Source: an uncultured Methanosarcinaceae archaeon
Lineage (GTDB): Archaea; Halobacteriota; Methanosarcinia; Methanosarcinales; Methanosarcinaceae
Direction: 5' to 3'
Length of the DNA: 64,000 bases
Assembly (NCBI GenBank): GCA_963847185.1
Contig: CAWJYV010000007.1
Span: forward strand, 384,001 to 448,000
Part shown: positions 11,163 to 21,871 of the stretch, in pieces
Layout of the letters: every line of letters starts with the position of its first letter
Position numbering within the stretch: position 1 is the stretch's first letter
Position numbers and translations under genes: made by a program
Notes under the pieces: generated by a model
What the model was told of the DNA's origin: nothing
Databases searched by the model: none
Seen by the model: the letters and a program-made list of their open reading frames with translations, nothing else

Positions 11163-11224
11163 TGTAGATTTAGGTTGTAGATTTAGGTTGCAGATTTAGG
11201 TTGTGTAGATTTAGGTTGTAGATT
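11163..11224. repeat. 13-bp tandem repeat TGTAGATTTAGGT (~4.5 units)
   Basis: Directly visible. Confidence 0.9.
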
Positions 11225-11379
11225 CTTGTTTAGTATTTATCTTATATTGGTATTTATCTGCAGTTATCTGGAAAAAGGATGGGAAGATGTATTTTAATAT
11301 CATCTCCTTTCTAACTTCCCATCTCTTTTCCTTATTAATTTCCCATCTCACTTTATCAAGCCTTCGAATCTTTCAAAGC

Positions 11380-12306
11380 TTAAGCTTCAGTGCTGTTATC
11401 TGTACTGATTTCTGGCATTTTTCCAGGGCCAATAGGACAGTCACAACCACCATGCATTGGGCCGGGATTCATTTCAGGCATTCCCTGTGAAGAATACATT
11501 ATTTCTTTAAGATCTCCAAGGGATTCAGCTGCGTTGATATCATCTATCAGAGCGGTAAGTTCCGTGATTCTGCCGTTGAGTTCTGTGACATTTTCATTGG
11601 TATCATCGGTTGCGTTTTCACTCTCACTTACTTTAGCTTCAATATGTTCAATCTCCTTTTCAATTGAACCAACAGCCTGAGTCTGCATGTAGGTTAATAC
11701 GACTTCTTGCAACTCTGTTGCACTGGAAGCTTCACTCACGCTTGTGGATAAGCCTTCAAGCTCAGTTATCTGTTCATTGAGCATTTCAGTCATGTTTTCA
11801 TCAGTTGTGTTTTCCAGCTGCGTGTTAAGCATTTCAGTCATATTTCCTATGGACCCAAATATTTCTGTCTGGACATCAGTGTAATTGTCATCAGTTACGT
11901 TTTCGAGCTGATCAAGGTTAAATAATCCAGGCATTCCACAGGGTCCCTGGTTCATTCTCTCGGGACCTTTCATACCATCCGGTCCGCATCCATATGCTGG
12001 TGCCTGACTGGCCAGGACTTCCTGAAGTTCGGATGCATCGGTTGCTTCACTTACATTAGTATAGAAACTTTGAAGCTCACTAATCTGTTCAGTGATAGAA
12101 TCAAGTATATCTGCCTGAACATCAGTGAAATTTTCTTCTGTTATGTTCTGTGGAGGAGCGAATTTTAGATTGTTTTCTGCTGCAAAAGCTCCTGAAGGAA
12201 TAATACATAATATCATTAGCACCGTTGCAAAACGGGAAATTAAATTTAATATTTTTTTCGCTTTCATGTTATCTTTCATATTATCTTCCATTTTTGACTT
12301 ACTCAT
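11380..12306 (-). CDS. Secreted acidic helical-repeat hypothetical protein
   Basis: Signal peptide, repeated NxTxxNxTDVQ...ITELxxL...VSEA..A.EL units. Confidence 0.75.
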   Translation of the reverse strand: MSKSKMEDNMKDNMKAKKILNLISRFATVLMILCIIPSGAFAAENNLKFAPPQNITEENFTDVQADILDSITEQISELQSFYTNVSEATDASELQEVLASQAPAYGCGPDGMKGPERMNQGPCGMPGLFNLDQLENVTDDNYTDVQTEIFGSIGNMTEMLNTQLENTTDENMTEMLNEQITELEGLSTSVSEASSATELQEVVLTYMQTQAVGSIEKEIEHIEAKVSESENATDDTNENVTELNGRITELTALIDDINAAESLGDLKEIMYSSQGMPEMNPGPMHGGCDCPIGPGKMPEISTDNSTEA

Positions 12307-12691
12307 TGTCCGTTATTTTTGACTTATTCATTGTCCGTTTTTCTTGCAGGCTATCGACCTGCTGACAACCCTGAAATTAGCCGGCTTAAATATAAGCTTA
12401 CTTTCCGTATAAAGAGGTTTAAAGGTTATTAATTGCAAAAAGAAGCTTTATTATCTATTTAAATAGTGAAAAATCCTTAAAAAGCAAGTTTAATACTTAT
12501 TGGACTCCTTAATAACCGTATCCATGAAGTAAAAAAGCTATTGATTATTTCATGAGCCTTCAGAGAGCGGATATTCTAAGTTTCTTTGGCCACTAAACTT
12601 GTGTTAGAAGTACCTGTCCCCGTGCGATACTCCATCTGAACCACCCTTAAAAAGTTATAAAAATCTGCCGACTTCAGCGAGCAGGCGTCAA

Positions 12692-13491
12692 TTATTCAAG
12701 AACACGTCCGTTATTGGGTTTCAAAATAACAATACCTTTTATCATGACTGCCGGGAACATTTCGAGCATGGGAAGCTCTGCCAGTGCCTTGATTATGTGC
12801 CACTGTCCTGGGTTTTGCTCCCAGCTCAACTGTGTCCATTTAACAGTACCAATGCCTGTCCAGGCACTGTTAATCTCGGCACCCTGCGGATATAAGATGG
12901 GCTGGCTCAAATCCGCTCCCGGGCAGCCTACTGTTGGGATATAACGCCATCCAAGGGCATTCATAGTTGCTGCAGAGGTCTTCATCTCAGCCAGTATTTG
13001 CCCGTCTACAGGCTTTGCCCCCAGCACTTCCAGGCGCAGAAATGTGTTTCCTTCATAGCTAGCGTTGGTGTAGTAATTTGGCTGGATAATGTGCAGATCC
13101 TCTATATCGGCATGGATTTCTGGTATGCCGGTCTCCTCTCTTTCTCCAAGGATCGGCCAGGTTTTATTCTCCCAGACCACCAGAATAAACTGCCCTTCCA
13201 GTTGGTCGCGTTTACCATTGAAACGGGCCGGTACACTAACTGGATAAGATTATAAGCTCCCCCTGCCATCCAGTCGATCTCTCTAAACTGACTGTAGGAG
13301 ATATTCAGTTCCGGTCGTATCAGCTCAAAACCTTCAGGTACATAGCTGGCAAGTTTGTCTCCATCTGTGGTATACATGAAGGATACAGTAACTGCATCTC
13401 GATAGTACAGTGCTGCTTCAGGACCAGGATAATCAAAACCACCAAAATGAGCCGGCATTCTGTAACATTTATTCTCCTCAAATCGGAACAA
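12692..13491 (-). pseudogene. Acetoacetate decarboxylase-family protein, frameshifted
   Basis: YRMPAHFG...GAYNLIQ continues as VSVPARFNG...VWENKTWPILGxREETGIPE after one-base shift near 13240. Confidence 0.75.
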
Positions 13492-13765
13492 GGTCAACCC
13501 CCCCAAGTGTTCGGATTATAATACAAGATTCATGATATATGGTATCTATGATATGCAGTACATAATATTCAAATTATTTTGAAATCACCTATAGCATTAA
13601 GAATAACTGGATACCGCGGTTATGCAAATCCCCTCGATTTCTCTCTGTATACCTGAGGGGTATGGGAGACTGGAAGTACGCATGATCTCGATAGAGGAAA
13701 CAGACGTTCCGGTAAGATCTTCACTGCTTACTTTGGTAGTGGAGCTTTGGTAGTGGAGCGGAGGT

Positions 13766-14236
13766 ATGGTAAGGCTGAGCGCGATTAATTCATATATCCA
13801 CAAACAGGCCCTGTTGGCTGCCCTGATTAATATGGCAGTAAATCCTCTCTTAGCATTCCTCCTTAATCATAATGTGGACAGCGTTGCTTTATCTGGTATT
13901 GTGATTGATACAATAATTACCTCAATCTTAATGACCTGGCTTGTGACGATCTTCTCGGCAGCTGATGTGAATCGCCAGCTTCGCGCCGGTCATTTTAAAG
14001 ATGAAGATTTGCCCCATCCGGGGTCGATATTATCTCGATTTCCTAAGAGAGGAGTATTAATGGGTATGGTATTGTTTGTCTGTACGGCATTGGTCATGGT
14101 GACTGTAACCTTTTCCATATTCTCTCTATTCGGCATTACAGAGCTTTCCGTGGGCAAATTGGCGTTGTTCAAAGTGGTTTATACCGGCCCTGTTGCATAT
14201 GTCATAGCCCGTCTGGCAATTATTCGCCAGCTATAG
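13766..14236 (+). CDS. Hypothetical 4-TM membrane protein
   Basis: Hydrophobic segments; GGAGCGGAGGT RBS region. Confidence 0.7.
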   Translation: MVRLSAINSYIHKQALLAALINMAVNPLLAFLLNHNVDSVALSGIVIDTIITSILMTWLVTIFSAADVNRQLRAGHFKDEDLPHPGSILSRFPKRGVLMGMVLFVCTALVMVTVTFSIFSLFGITELSVGKLALFKVVYTGPVAYVIARLAIIRQL

Positions 14237-14445
14237 TTTTACTGGGCAGTATATAACAGAAATTAGTATTTTACGAAACAATCCTTATTCTGAGTACATC
14301 CTGATGTGTACCTGAGGGGAGAACAAAGAAAGCCTTATTGATAAATCAATGGTTATACTAAAGCGAGTTGGCAAATCCTTGTTAGTTCTTTAATCAGGAA
14401 AAAACGAAATCAATTAAATCATATCTGCGTAAAGAAGAAGGGGGA

Positions 14446-15284
14446 GTGAAAATAGGGGTTGATGAGTATTTTAAGGATAAATGTTGCCTGGTAACAGGTG
14501 CGAATTCTGGAATCGGTTATGCGATAAGTAAAGCTCTATTGGAGAAGGGGGCTATAGTATTCATGGCTGGTCGAAACACAGAAAGCCTGACCTCAGCGGC
14601 TAAGAATCTTGACATGTATGCCGGACAGATTCGTATTCTGCTTGTTGACGTGACAAAACAGTCAGAAGTGGAAAAGGCCGTTCAGGAAACGGTCACCCAG
14701 GAAGGCAGAATTGATTTTTTATTTAATAATGCGGGAATCGGGGGCACGATGCCTACTGTAGACTCTACGCTTGAGCACTGGCGGTCTATCATTGATGTCA
14801 ATCTCTGGAGTGTAATATATGGTATTGACGCTGCGCTGCCAATTATGCTTCGCCAGGGCGGGGGCACATCGTTAATACAGCTTCCATTGCAGGATTGATT
14901 CCGTTTCCTTTCCAGGCTCTCTATTGCGCCACCAAGTACGCGGTGGTTGGATTGAGTGAAAGCATGCGGTATGAGTTTGCAGAAGAAGGCATTCACTTCT
15001 CCGTGACATGTCCTAGTGCTGTTGTTTCACGCATCTGGAAAAAGCCGATACTGGGTCCGGTTCATGAAGAGGTAAAAGCTCCTGAAGATGCGATTCCGGC
15101 GGAAGAAGCTGCAAAGATAATCCTTGAGGGCGTTGCAGATAAAAAAGGGATAATAGTGGTGCCAGAACAGCCGGGCAGCTGGCTCTGGGGTGAATACTGT
15201 AAATCTTCTGAAGCCGCAGAGAGTTTCCTGTTAAACATGGCTCATGATCGACGGATAGAATGGTCAAAAATGCAAAAGGTGTGA
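14446..15284 (+). pseudogene. SDR family oxidoreductase, frameshifted
   Basis: TGANSGIG and NNAG in first ORF, YCATK in second; one G missing in G-run 14860-14864 restores GHIVNTASIAG. Confidence 0.85.
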
Positions 15285-15456
15285 AGGAACAGAAGCAGCG
15301 TGGAAGACTGTACCAACCCAATGAGAACAATTTGTTTTCTGGGTATTGACGTGGTTGTTAAGATCGCAAATTTTTTGGGGTTCCATTTAATATTCTCAAA
15401 AGTGATTTGGACTAACTTTCAGTTTATTAACTGAAAGTTTCCTAATCAGACTCTCC

Positions 15457-16353
15457 TTATTCACAATTTACGATTTTATTATCGTGGATATTTACATTAG
15501 TTTCTGTTGTATTCACGTGTGCTATTGCAGGAGCATCTAAATCATGGAAGTAGTTTCCGTAAACTTCTATATTTTTAACAGCTCCTTCTAATTCCAGGCC
15601 TGCATATCCACCACCAGACGTAGTACATTCGTTGTTTGCGAATATTCCACTGGTAACAGTATAGAATCTACAGGATGAATTTGTACGGTTAATGAATTTA
15701 CAATTCTTAACTGTAATATCCTTTACATTATAGGCATATACACCATCATGTCCACATTTGTTTACTGTTACTTTATCAATCACTATGTTACAGGATTTTG
15801 AGATAAGCATGGCATCGTTACATCCATTCTTGAATGTAACATTCTGAATTGTTAGCCCGTTAACGCCTATCAAAGTTGCCATGTTATAGCAGGAAGTTCC
15901 AAGCTCAACACCAGAATAATAATCACTTTGACTACCATCCACAGTTATGTTTTCTATTGTAACGTTTGTTGCGGAATTGTCTTTAATCATAAGCATGGCT
16001 TTCTCGTTCGCAATGCTGCTATCACTTCCACCCCATATTGATAATTCTGAGGCAAGCTTAATTATTGCAGTGCTGTCCCCTGTAAGAGTCACTCCGCTCT
16101 GAAGCAGAATAGGGTCAGCTATATAATATGTGAATGAACCTTTTAAGTAAACTGTTGAGATGGAGTTTGCTGCTGCATATTCAAGCGCCTGGTTAATCTG
16201 GATCTGGTCGCTGGAGCCATCGCAATTATATTCTCCGCTTCCATCTCCGGCAACGGTTACTATCTCTGTACTCTCAGAGCCTAATACCGTTGGTAAGGTA
16301 GTTAAAATAAGGCATGTTACCAGGAATAGGGTTCCTAGATGTTTTTTTAGCAT
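15457..16353 (-). CDS. Secreted right-handed beta-helix (disaggregatase-related/pectin lyase fold) protein
   Basis: Signal peptide, VAGDGSGEYNCDGSSDQIQINQAL motif, beta-helix repeats. Confidence 0.8.
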   Translation of the reverse strand: MLKKHLGTLFLVTCLILTTLPTVLGSESTEIVTVAGDGSGEYNCDGSSDQIQINQALEYAAANSISTVYLKGSFTYYIADPILLQSGVTLTGDSTAIIKLASELSIWGGSDSSIANEKAMLMIKDNSATNVTIENITVDGSQSDYYSGVELGTSCYNMATLIGVNGLTIQNVTFKNGCNDAMLISKSCNIVIDKVTVNKCGHDGVYAYNVKDITVKNCKFINRTNSSCRFYTVTSGIFANNECTTSGGGYAGLELEGAVKNIEVYGNYFHDLDAPAIAHVNTTETNVNIHDNKIVNCE

Positions 16354-16990
16354 AGTATCTCCTTTGGGCTGGATCTTTATAACGATTTAAAAATTGTAAC
16401 ATAAGGGGATTGTTATACTTTTTGGAAAAGTATATTCGTACTAATTATTCCATCTGACTTTTGTACAGCCTCTTAATTTCAGACAAATAAATAAAGATAC
16501 TTTAAACATATCCGTCAAAAAATAGGGTTATTTTATATTTAAGGGGTCATTAAAGCTTTAAACTATGAATAATCCTTAATAGGTGACTTTAAATCTTAAT
16601 ACGATTTCCTTAAAGCTTTATTTTTTTCCAAATCTTTACAATAAATGGAGAGGAAAGTGGATAATGTAGAAAAAAAGCTTGTCAGCTAGTTGAGAATAAG
16701 TAAAAAAAGTCGGCTCCACATATAATCATCATATTAACTGGTTTGAAGGGAAAATTGCTCAAGAAAAAAGAAAATAATTGGAAGAAAAAAATTCATGCAA
16801 TGGATAAATGGGTAAGTCCTGGCTATACTTCATTTCAGCTTTCCAGCTCTTTCCTCTTCAAATTAGCTAATATTTGTCAAGTTGAGTAAATAGACTCAGT
16901 ACCAAAATTCAGTGATGAACGTAAAATCGAAAATCACTAGATTTTGGAACTTAGCCATGAAAATAAAGAGATAACTCATCTCTTATTGCA

Positions 16991-17512
16991 TTATTTACGT
17001 TTGTTCAATGTATCGAGATTTAGCTTCTTGGAATATCGAGATTTAGCTTCCTGGAGTACAGTAATTGCGGTTTCTAAATTTTTCCAACCAATAACCTTCA
17101 CTTTTTTGTCTTCTAAGTTTTTATAAGTTTCAAAGAAGTGAGTGATTTCCTTAAATAGATGAGGTGGAACCTGGTCAACGGTCTCAATATAATTCCACAT
17201 AGGATCATTCTTTGGAACGCAAAGGATTTTTTGATCTCTTCCTTTATCATCTTCCATGTCAAATAGTGCAACAAGATGTACATCCATTCCACAGCTTGGA
17301 AATGTAGGTTCCCATGTTAAGACCATAGCATCCAAAGGGTCACCATCAAGAGCTAGGGTCTCGGGGAAAAAACCATAATCAGAAGGATATACCATTGAAG
17401 AAGAGAGCATTCTGTCGAATTTAATCATTTTCTTTTCTTTATCGTATTCGTATTTATTTCGGCTCCCTTTTGGAATTTCAATAATTACACTTTCGACTTG
17501 TCTTTCAGTCAT
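16991..17512 (-). CDS. ppa: Family I inorganic pyrophosphatase
   Basis: EIPKGSRNKYE, YGF, DGDPLD motifs. Confidence 0.93.
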   Translation of the reverse strand: MTERQVESVIIEIPKGSRNKYEYDKEKKMIKFDRMLSSSMVYPSDYGFFPETLALDGDPLDAMVLTWEPTFPSCGMDVHLVALFDMEDDKGRDQKILCVPKNDPMWNYIETVDQVPPHLFKEITHFFETYKNLEDKKVKVIGWKNLETAITVLQEAKSRYSKKLNLDTLNKRK

Positions 17513-17939
17513 ATTAATACTTCCTAGTTATTTTTACTTATTACCTAATTGCCTTGTAACGATTGCAACTATCAGGTGTTCTGACAGGGTTCTGATATTA
17601 GAACATAACCCCATATGTTAAATTTTCTTAAATCCGAAACTTCAGGACATGAAGTGCAGACCATCTGACCTCTTCATCTGTAGTACATGCTTATACGCTT
17701 CAACAACCCACCCCTTCAATTTTTAATATCTTCCCCATTTCTTAATGCTGTTGCATTATATCTGTCTATGTCTTTATCCTCTTATATATTGATAGATTCC
17801 CAATACCTATCTTTTCTTGTTGTTATTTTAAAACTCTGCATAGCTGGTCGATTGTTAAGCATCTTATTTGCTTTTTTACTGTTTAGGTTGCTCGTTAGGT
17901 CGTACTTATATTAAGTCACACGATCCCAAGGCGTACTGT

Positions 17940-17963
17940 GAAGATCCTGAGTTCTAATCTCAG
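17940..17963 (+). other. Degenerate copy of tRNA-Val T-arm (attR-like)
   Basis: TCCTGAGTTCTAATCTCAG (17945-17963) matches tRNA 2771-2789 at 18/19 nt, same orientation. Confidence 0.6.
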
Positions 17964-18784
17964 TAGGTTAATTTTTTATTTGTTTTTACCTTTCAATCTG
18001 GGATGAATAGATCTTTTCCAGCTGTTCAACTTTTTCTTCAAGATCACATTTTAAGATGTTTCATAGGTTTATTATATTTTCTAAAAGATATATTCATTAT
18101 TAAAAAATAAAAAATATTGATGTAAATAGTAAATTCAAGACCCCTTCATTTCCGATGGAACTACTGTAATTTGGCTTTCTTCAATATATTCAATATACCC
18201 TATTTATTTTTGTAGAAATATTTTAACCACTATTTTTTCGGGCCGATAACATAATCGCATTCCGCCTACTATTTTCGCGCTAGCCTGGATCTGGTTTTTC
18301 TCTCAATTGAGAATGCTACAGGATCTTAAATCATCCAAATAACATGGCATTTAATATTGGCATGACAGCATTAGTGCTGTTTATCAACTTTTGAAGTAAA
18401 GTACTCTTATTGAAGTTTTATTGAAGTAGCTTTGTTAGTCTGTAGTAATTTATTTATACTATTAAGTAAGAAATAGATTACTTACTTCTTACAATAAATA
18501 CTATACTGGATTATCCTATAAAAACAGAGAGATAATAGGAAAATGAGATAAAGCTCTAAAGCTATTTTATATTTTTTTATTAGTAGGATTGTAAGAAATA
18601 AGCTATGACTTATGCAAAAGTAAGGCACTACAAATTAAAATAGAAGAAATAGAAGGTGAAAGACAAAATAAAGAAGAGAGGATGAGAGCCGCTTATCTGT
18701 GCAAAAAGATATATTACTCAAAGAACTGAAGACCTGTCAATAAACAACTTTAGTAACCTCCCAAAAATGTACTACATATTTCAA

Positions 18785-18895
18785 TAGGATTTGCGCACTT
18801 GATGAGAATAAATAAACAACAAGTGGCTGTCAGGAATATGATACAAATCGTTTGAGTTTTGTGCTATTATTTCTCGTTCAATAGCGTAGGTCCTA
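18785..18895. mobile_element. MITE, TAGGACTTACGCA-end family (degenerate)
   Basis: TAGGATTTGCGCACTTGA ... TCAATAGCGTAGGTCCTA inverted ends; same ends as 38937-39054. Confidence 0.65.
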
Positions 18896-19425
18896 TTTTG
18901 TTGAAATCTGGTAGTAAATATTTAACCGTTCTTTCATATTTGATCGAGCAATTCAACAATTTGACTGTGACCAATTACTTCTATAATTTACCTATGTCTT
19001 CCCATCCCTTTGATTCTTATTCTCTCAATCTGTTTTCTTGATATGGTACCACTCTTTTTCACATTTTCATTATATAATTTTCTCTAAAGTTGTTTTAATT
19101 TGTGAACTTCAATTATTCAAGGTCTGAATTCCTAAATTTCAGTCATCGTTGAGGACAATCTCAAAGCTAAGGGTAATTGAAGCAGTCTTTATAAAAATAT
19201 ATGACAAACGGATAGAAAAAAGTTAAAGTCAGAGTATGAAATTTACCTTCTAATAAACAGATTTTGTTCTTTTTCAGGCTTTTTGTATCATTTTACACAG
19301 CGCAACATGAGCTGAAAATTCTGAGAACTATCTAAAAAACCGTGGTACTGTAAGATAAATATTTATAATACGTTCCAGGTATTTTATGTCAATTAATATT
19401 ATAAAACATAATAGTGGGGAAAAAT

Positions 19426-19833
19426 ATGAAAATTAGAGTAGTTAGTTCCAGAGAAGAAATCATCACGCTGAATCCAAATGAAAAAATAGTGCATCTGGCC
19501 TTCAGGCCTGCAAACAAAGATATCTTTACACTGGTTGAAACCTGCCCTAAAATTGAGGTAATCCAGGTACCTCAGTCTTACAAACGCACGATCTCAAAAT
19601 CCATGGTAATGTTCCTTGGAATGCAAAGAATCCAGCTTATAGAGGGAGATGTCTGGGGTCACAGGAAGGATATAAACGAATACTACCGTATTCCCAGCTC
19701 AGTAATTGATAAAATAAAGGACTTAAAGATTGAAGGGAAATCCACTGAGGATATTGAAGCAAAGGTTTCAAGGGAAAGCAAGCTTAACCCTGAAATGATC
19801 GCTTACATCCTGACAAAAGAGGTTTCTGCCTGA
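19426..19833 (+). CDS. DUF1699 family protein
   Basis: MKIRVVSSREEI...VHLAFRP...EGDVWGHRKDINEYY Methanosarcinales family signature. Confidence 0.88.
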   Translation: MKIRVVSSREEIITLNPNEKIVHLAFRPANKDIFTLVETCPKIEVIQVPQSYKRTISKSMVMFLGMQRIQLIEGDVWGHRKDINEYYRIPSSVIDKIKDLKIEGKSTEDIEAKVSRESKLNPEMIAYILTKEVSA

Positions 19834-20271
19834 ATTCAGGCATGACAAATTCTGCCTTTAAGGCTCTTACCGGAGATTAGAGATTAGAAAGATGCCGAAC
19901 CTTTCTAAAATCCATTTTTGTGGATTAATCTCCGGTTTAAATTTTCAATTTATCCTGAAATTTCTTACCTGAGGCTCAACCCGATTTCTCCAGGGCGATT
20001 TTATTTTTAAATCTCGGAAACTTCAATTTTTTCTATTGGAATCAATATAATCTCTGAGCTTGCCCAAAATCAGCTGCTTGAAAAGGTTATATCTTCGGGC
20101 TGTAGATTTTTAATTTTTCCAGTAGTTTTAAATTCTTGTCTCTAATCTTCCTGTTTTCATACAGATATAGTATTTTGATATCGATCTACTGATCTACTAT
20201 TTTGATGTAGATCTACTTCAGGAATTTAGAAGTAAAAAGGATAAAGCTCTTATGAGTTTGATATTATTGGA

Positions 20272-21474
20272 TCAATTAATTCCTTTCTGGACTTCCTGGC
20301 TATAAAAACCTTCTCTGTCAAGTACGACAATCCTCAAAAGTTCCTTATTTGCCGTTTCATCGCATAAGTTGAATGTTCTGCCGTTTTTAATAGGAAGTCT
20401 TTCAGGATTCCTGTGCCCGTGAATTTGATATGTATCTTCATTTGTATTATTGTTGAAATTTTGAGCAATTGTAAGCGCGTCTTCGGGTTCACCCACACCG
20501 TTAATCATCTGGTCGGTTCCTACAAAGATCAGGTTTTGCGGAAGATTGCTCAGGCCGCCGTGAGTTACAAGCACGGATTTATTGTGAAATCTATAATAGA
20601 TACATGGAACCATTTTTTCATAAAATTCCAGAACACATTTTTTTATAACGCCTGCCTGCTCCATTTCTGGTAGGGAATACATGGGATTCGTAAATTCGGA
20701 CATATGGGTTTGCTCTTTGCCTGCTGCCAGATCGCAAAGGCATTTTTCGCGGTCTCCTTCGAGTAATATCACATTATCCTTTTGCATGATGGGAATTAAA
20801 AATTTGATTATCTCAATGTTTTCTGCTCCACTGCCCGTGTAATCACCCAGGAAAATATAGAGATCACTGTCGTTAAGCCCACATGCGAAATATTTCTTCA
20901 GGGCTGTGTAATTCCCTCTTATATCTCCTATATGATGGATTTTCCTGTAATGGGAAAAATCAGTAACTTTATACTTCAACTCTTTATGAAATTCGTGAGG
21001 TTTGACTACAGTAACAAATGATGGCACGGTCTGGGTGTGTATTATAAAATGCATCTCCTCAATTACTTCGTCGGGGACAATCTCATATGCAGGTCTCCTC
21101 ATGTTTCTTTCCTTTGCAACCTCAATTGATACATCCGAAAAGTCGACACATAAAGCTCTGTACCTATAAGTCTTGACAAGTCTCCTGTACTTGGCAATAT
21201 CTGCATTTCCTGCATTCGTTGCATCAAGGATTGTTAATTCTCCTTCTTCCATGCGGCTTTTAATTAGTGAGTAAATGAGCCCCCAGACTCTGGGATTGAT
21301 TTTTTGAGAAATTGTAGTCTTTCCAGTAATAGAAAGCACCGGCGGCTTAAGAAGAATCCTAACCCCATCTGAAGAGATGGTATATGGTTCAAGTTTATTC
21401 TCTCTGATAAAAGTTGATTTTCCTGAGCCAGGCACTCCTCTCAAAAATATCAGATACCTCATATCATACCCCAT
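20272..21474 (-). CDS. Polynucleotide kinase (AAA_33)-metallophosphoesterase fusion, Pnkp-like
   Basis: RGVPGSGKST P-loop, SSD, DATN; calcineurin-like domain with altered motifs. Confidence 0.8.
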   Translation of the reverse strand: MGYDMRYLIFLRGVPGSGKSTFIRENKLEPYTISSDGVRILLKPPVLSITGKTTISQKINPRVWGLIYSLIKSRMEEGELTILDATNAGNADIAKYRRLVKTYRYRALCVDFSDVSIEVAKERNMRRPAYEIVPDEVIEEMHFIIHTQTVPSFVTVVKPHEFHKELKYKVTDFSHYRKIHHIGDIRGNYTALKKYFACGLNDSDLYIFLGDYTGSGAENIEIIKFLIPIMQKDNVILLEGDREKCLCDLAAGKEQTHMSEFTNPMYSLPEMEQAGVIKKCVLEFYEKMVPCIYYRFHNKSVLVTHGGLSNLPQNLIFVGTDQMINGVGEPEDALTIAQNFNNNTNEDTYQIHGHRNPERLPIKNGRTFNLCDETANKELLRIVVLDREGFYSQEVQKGIN

Positions 21475-21871
21475 GTTAACTCATTGCCGCTTTTAAAGAT
21501 AACATTAAAATGTAATATGTTTACTTGCTCCTTCTCAAAGAATTCCGGTTTGGAGAAACATGTACTGCGGTGGAGAATATTCAGATACTTTTTCCGAATC
21601 TCGGACCAAATAAAATTCTTTTTCTGATCAATCCTGCTTTTGGAAAATACCTGAATTAATATTACTATTGATTTTTATAATATTTAATTAGATAATTTTA
21701 GAACATATATCTGAGATTAGATCGAGGGGAAACTGTCGATAACGGGTGTACTATAATCTAGAAAATTTCCTGATACTATTACCTGCTTTAATTTCATACA
21801 ATCAATTTGGGTTATACTGATGAAAAAATGTTAACATGAGTAAAATCTTGTTAGTGTTAATGGTGAGAAAC

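Noticed and set aside
11163-11224. Possible CRISPR/iteron array
   Set aside because: 13-bp head-to-tail microsatellite with no spacers or rep gene
17520-19400. Integrase or other gene near att-like repeat
   Set aside because: No tyrosine-recombinase motifs or credible ORF readable; only a MITE and AT-rich remnants
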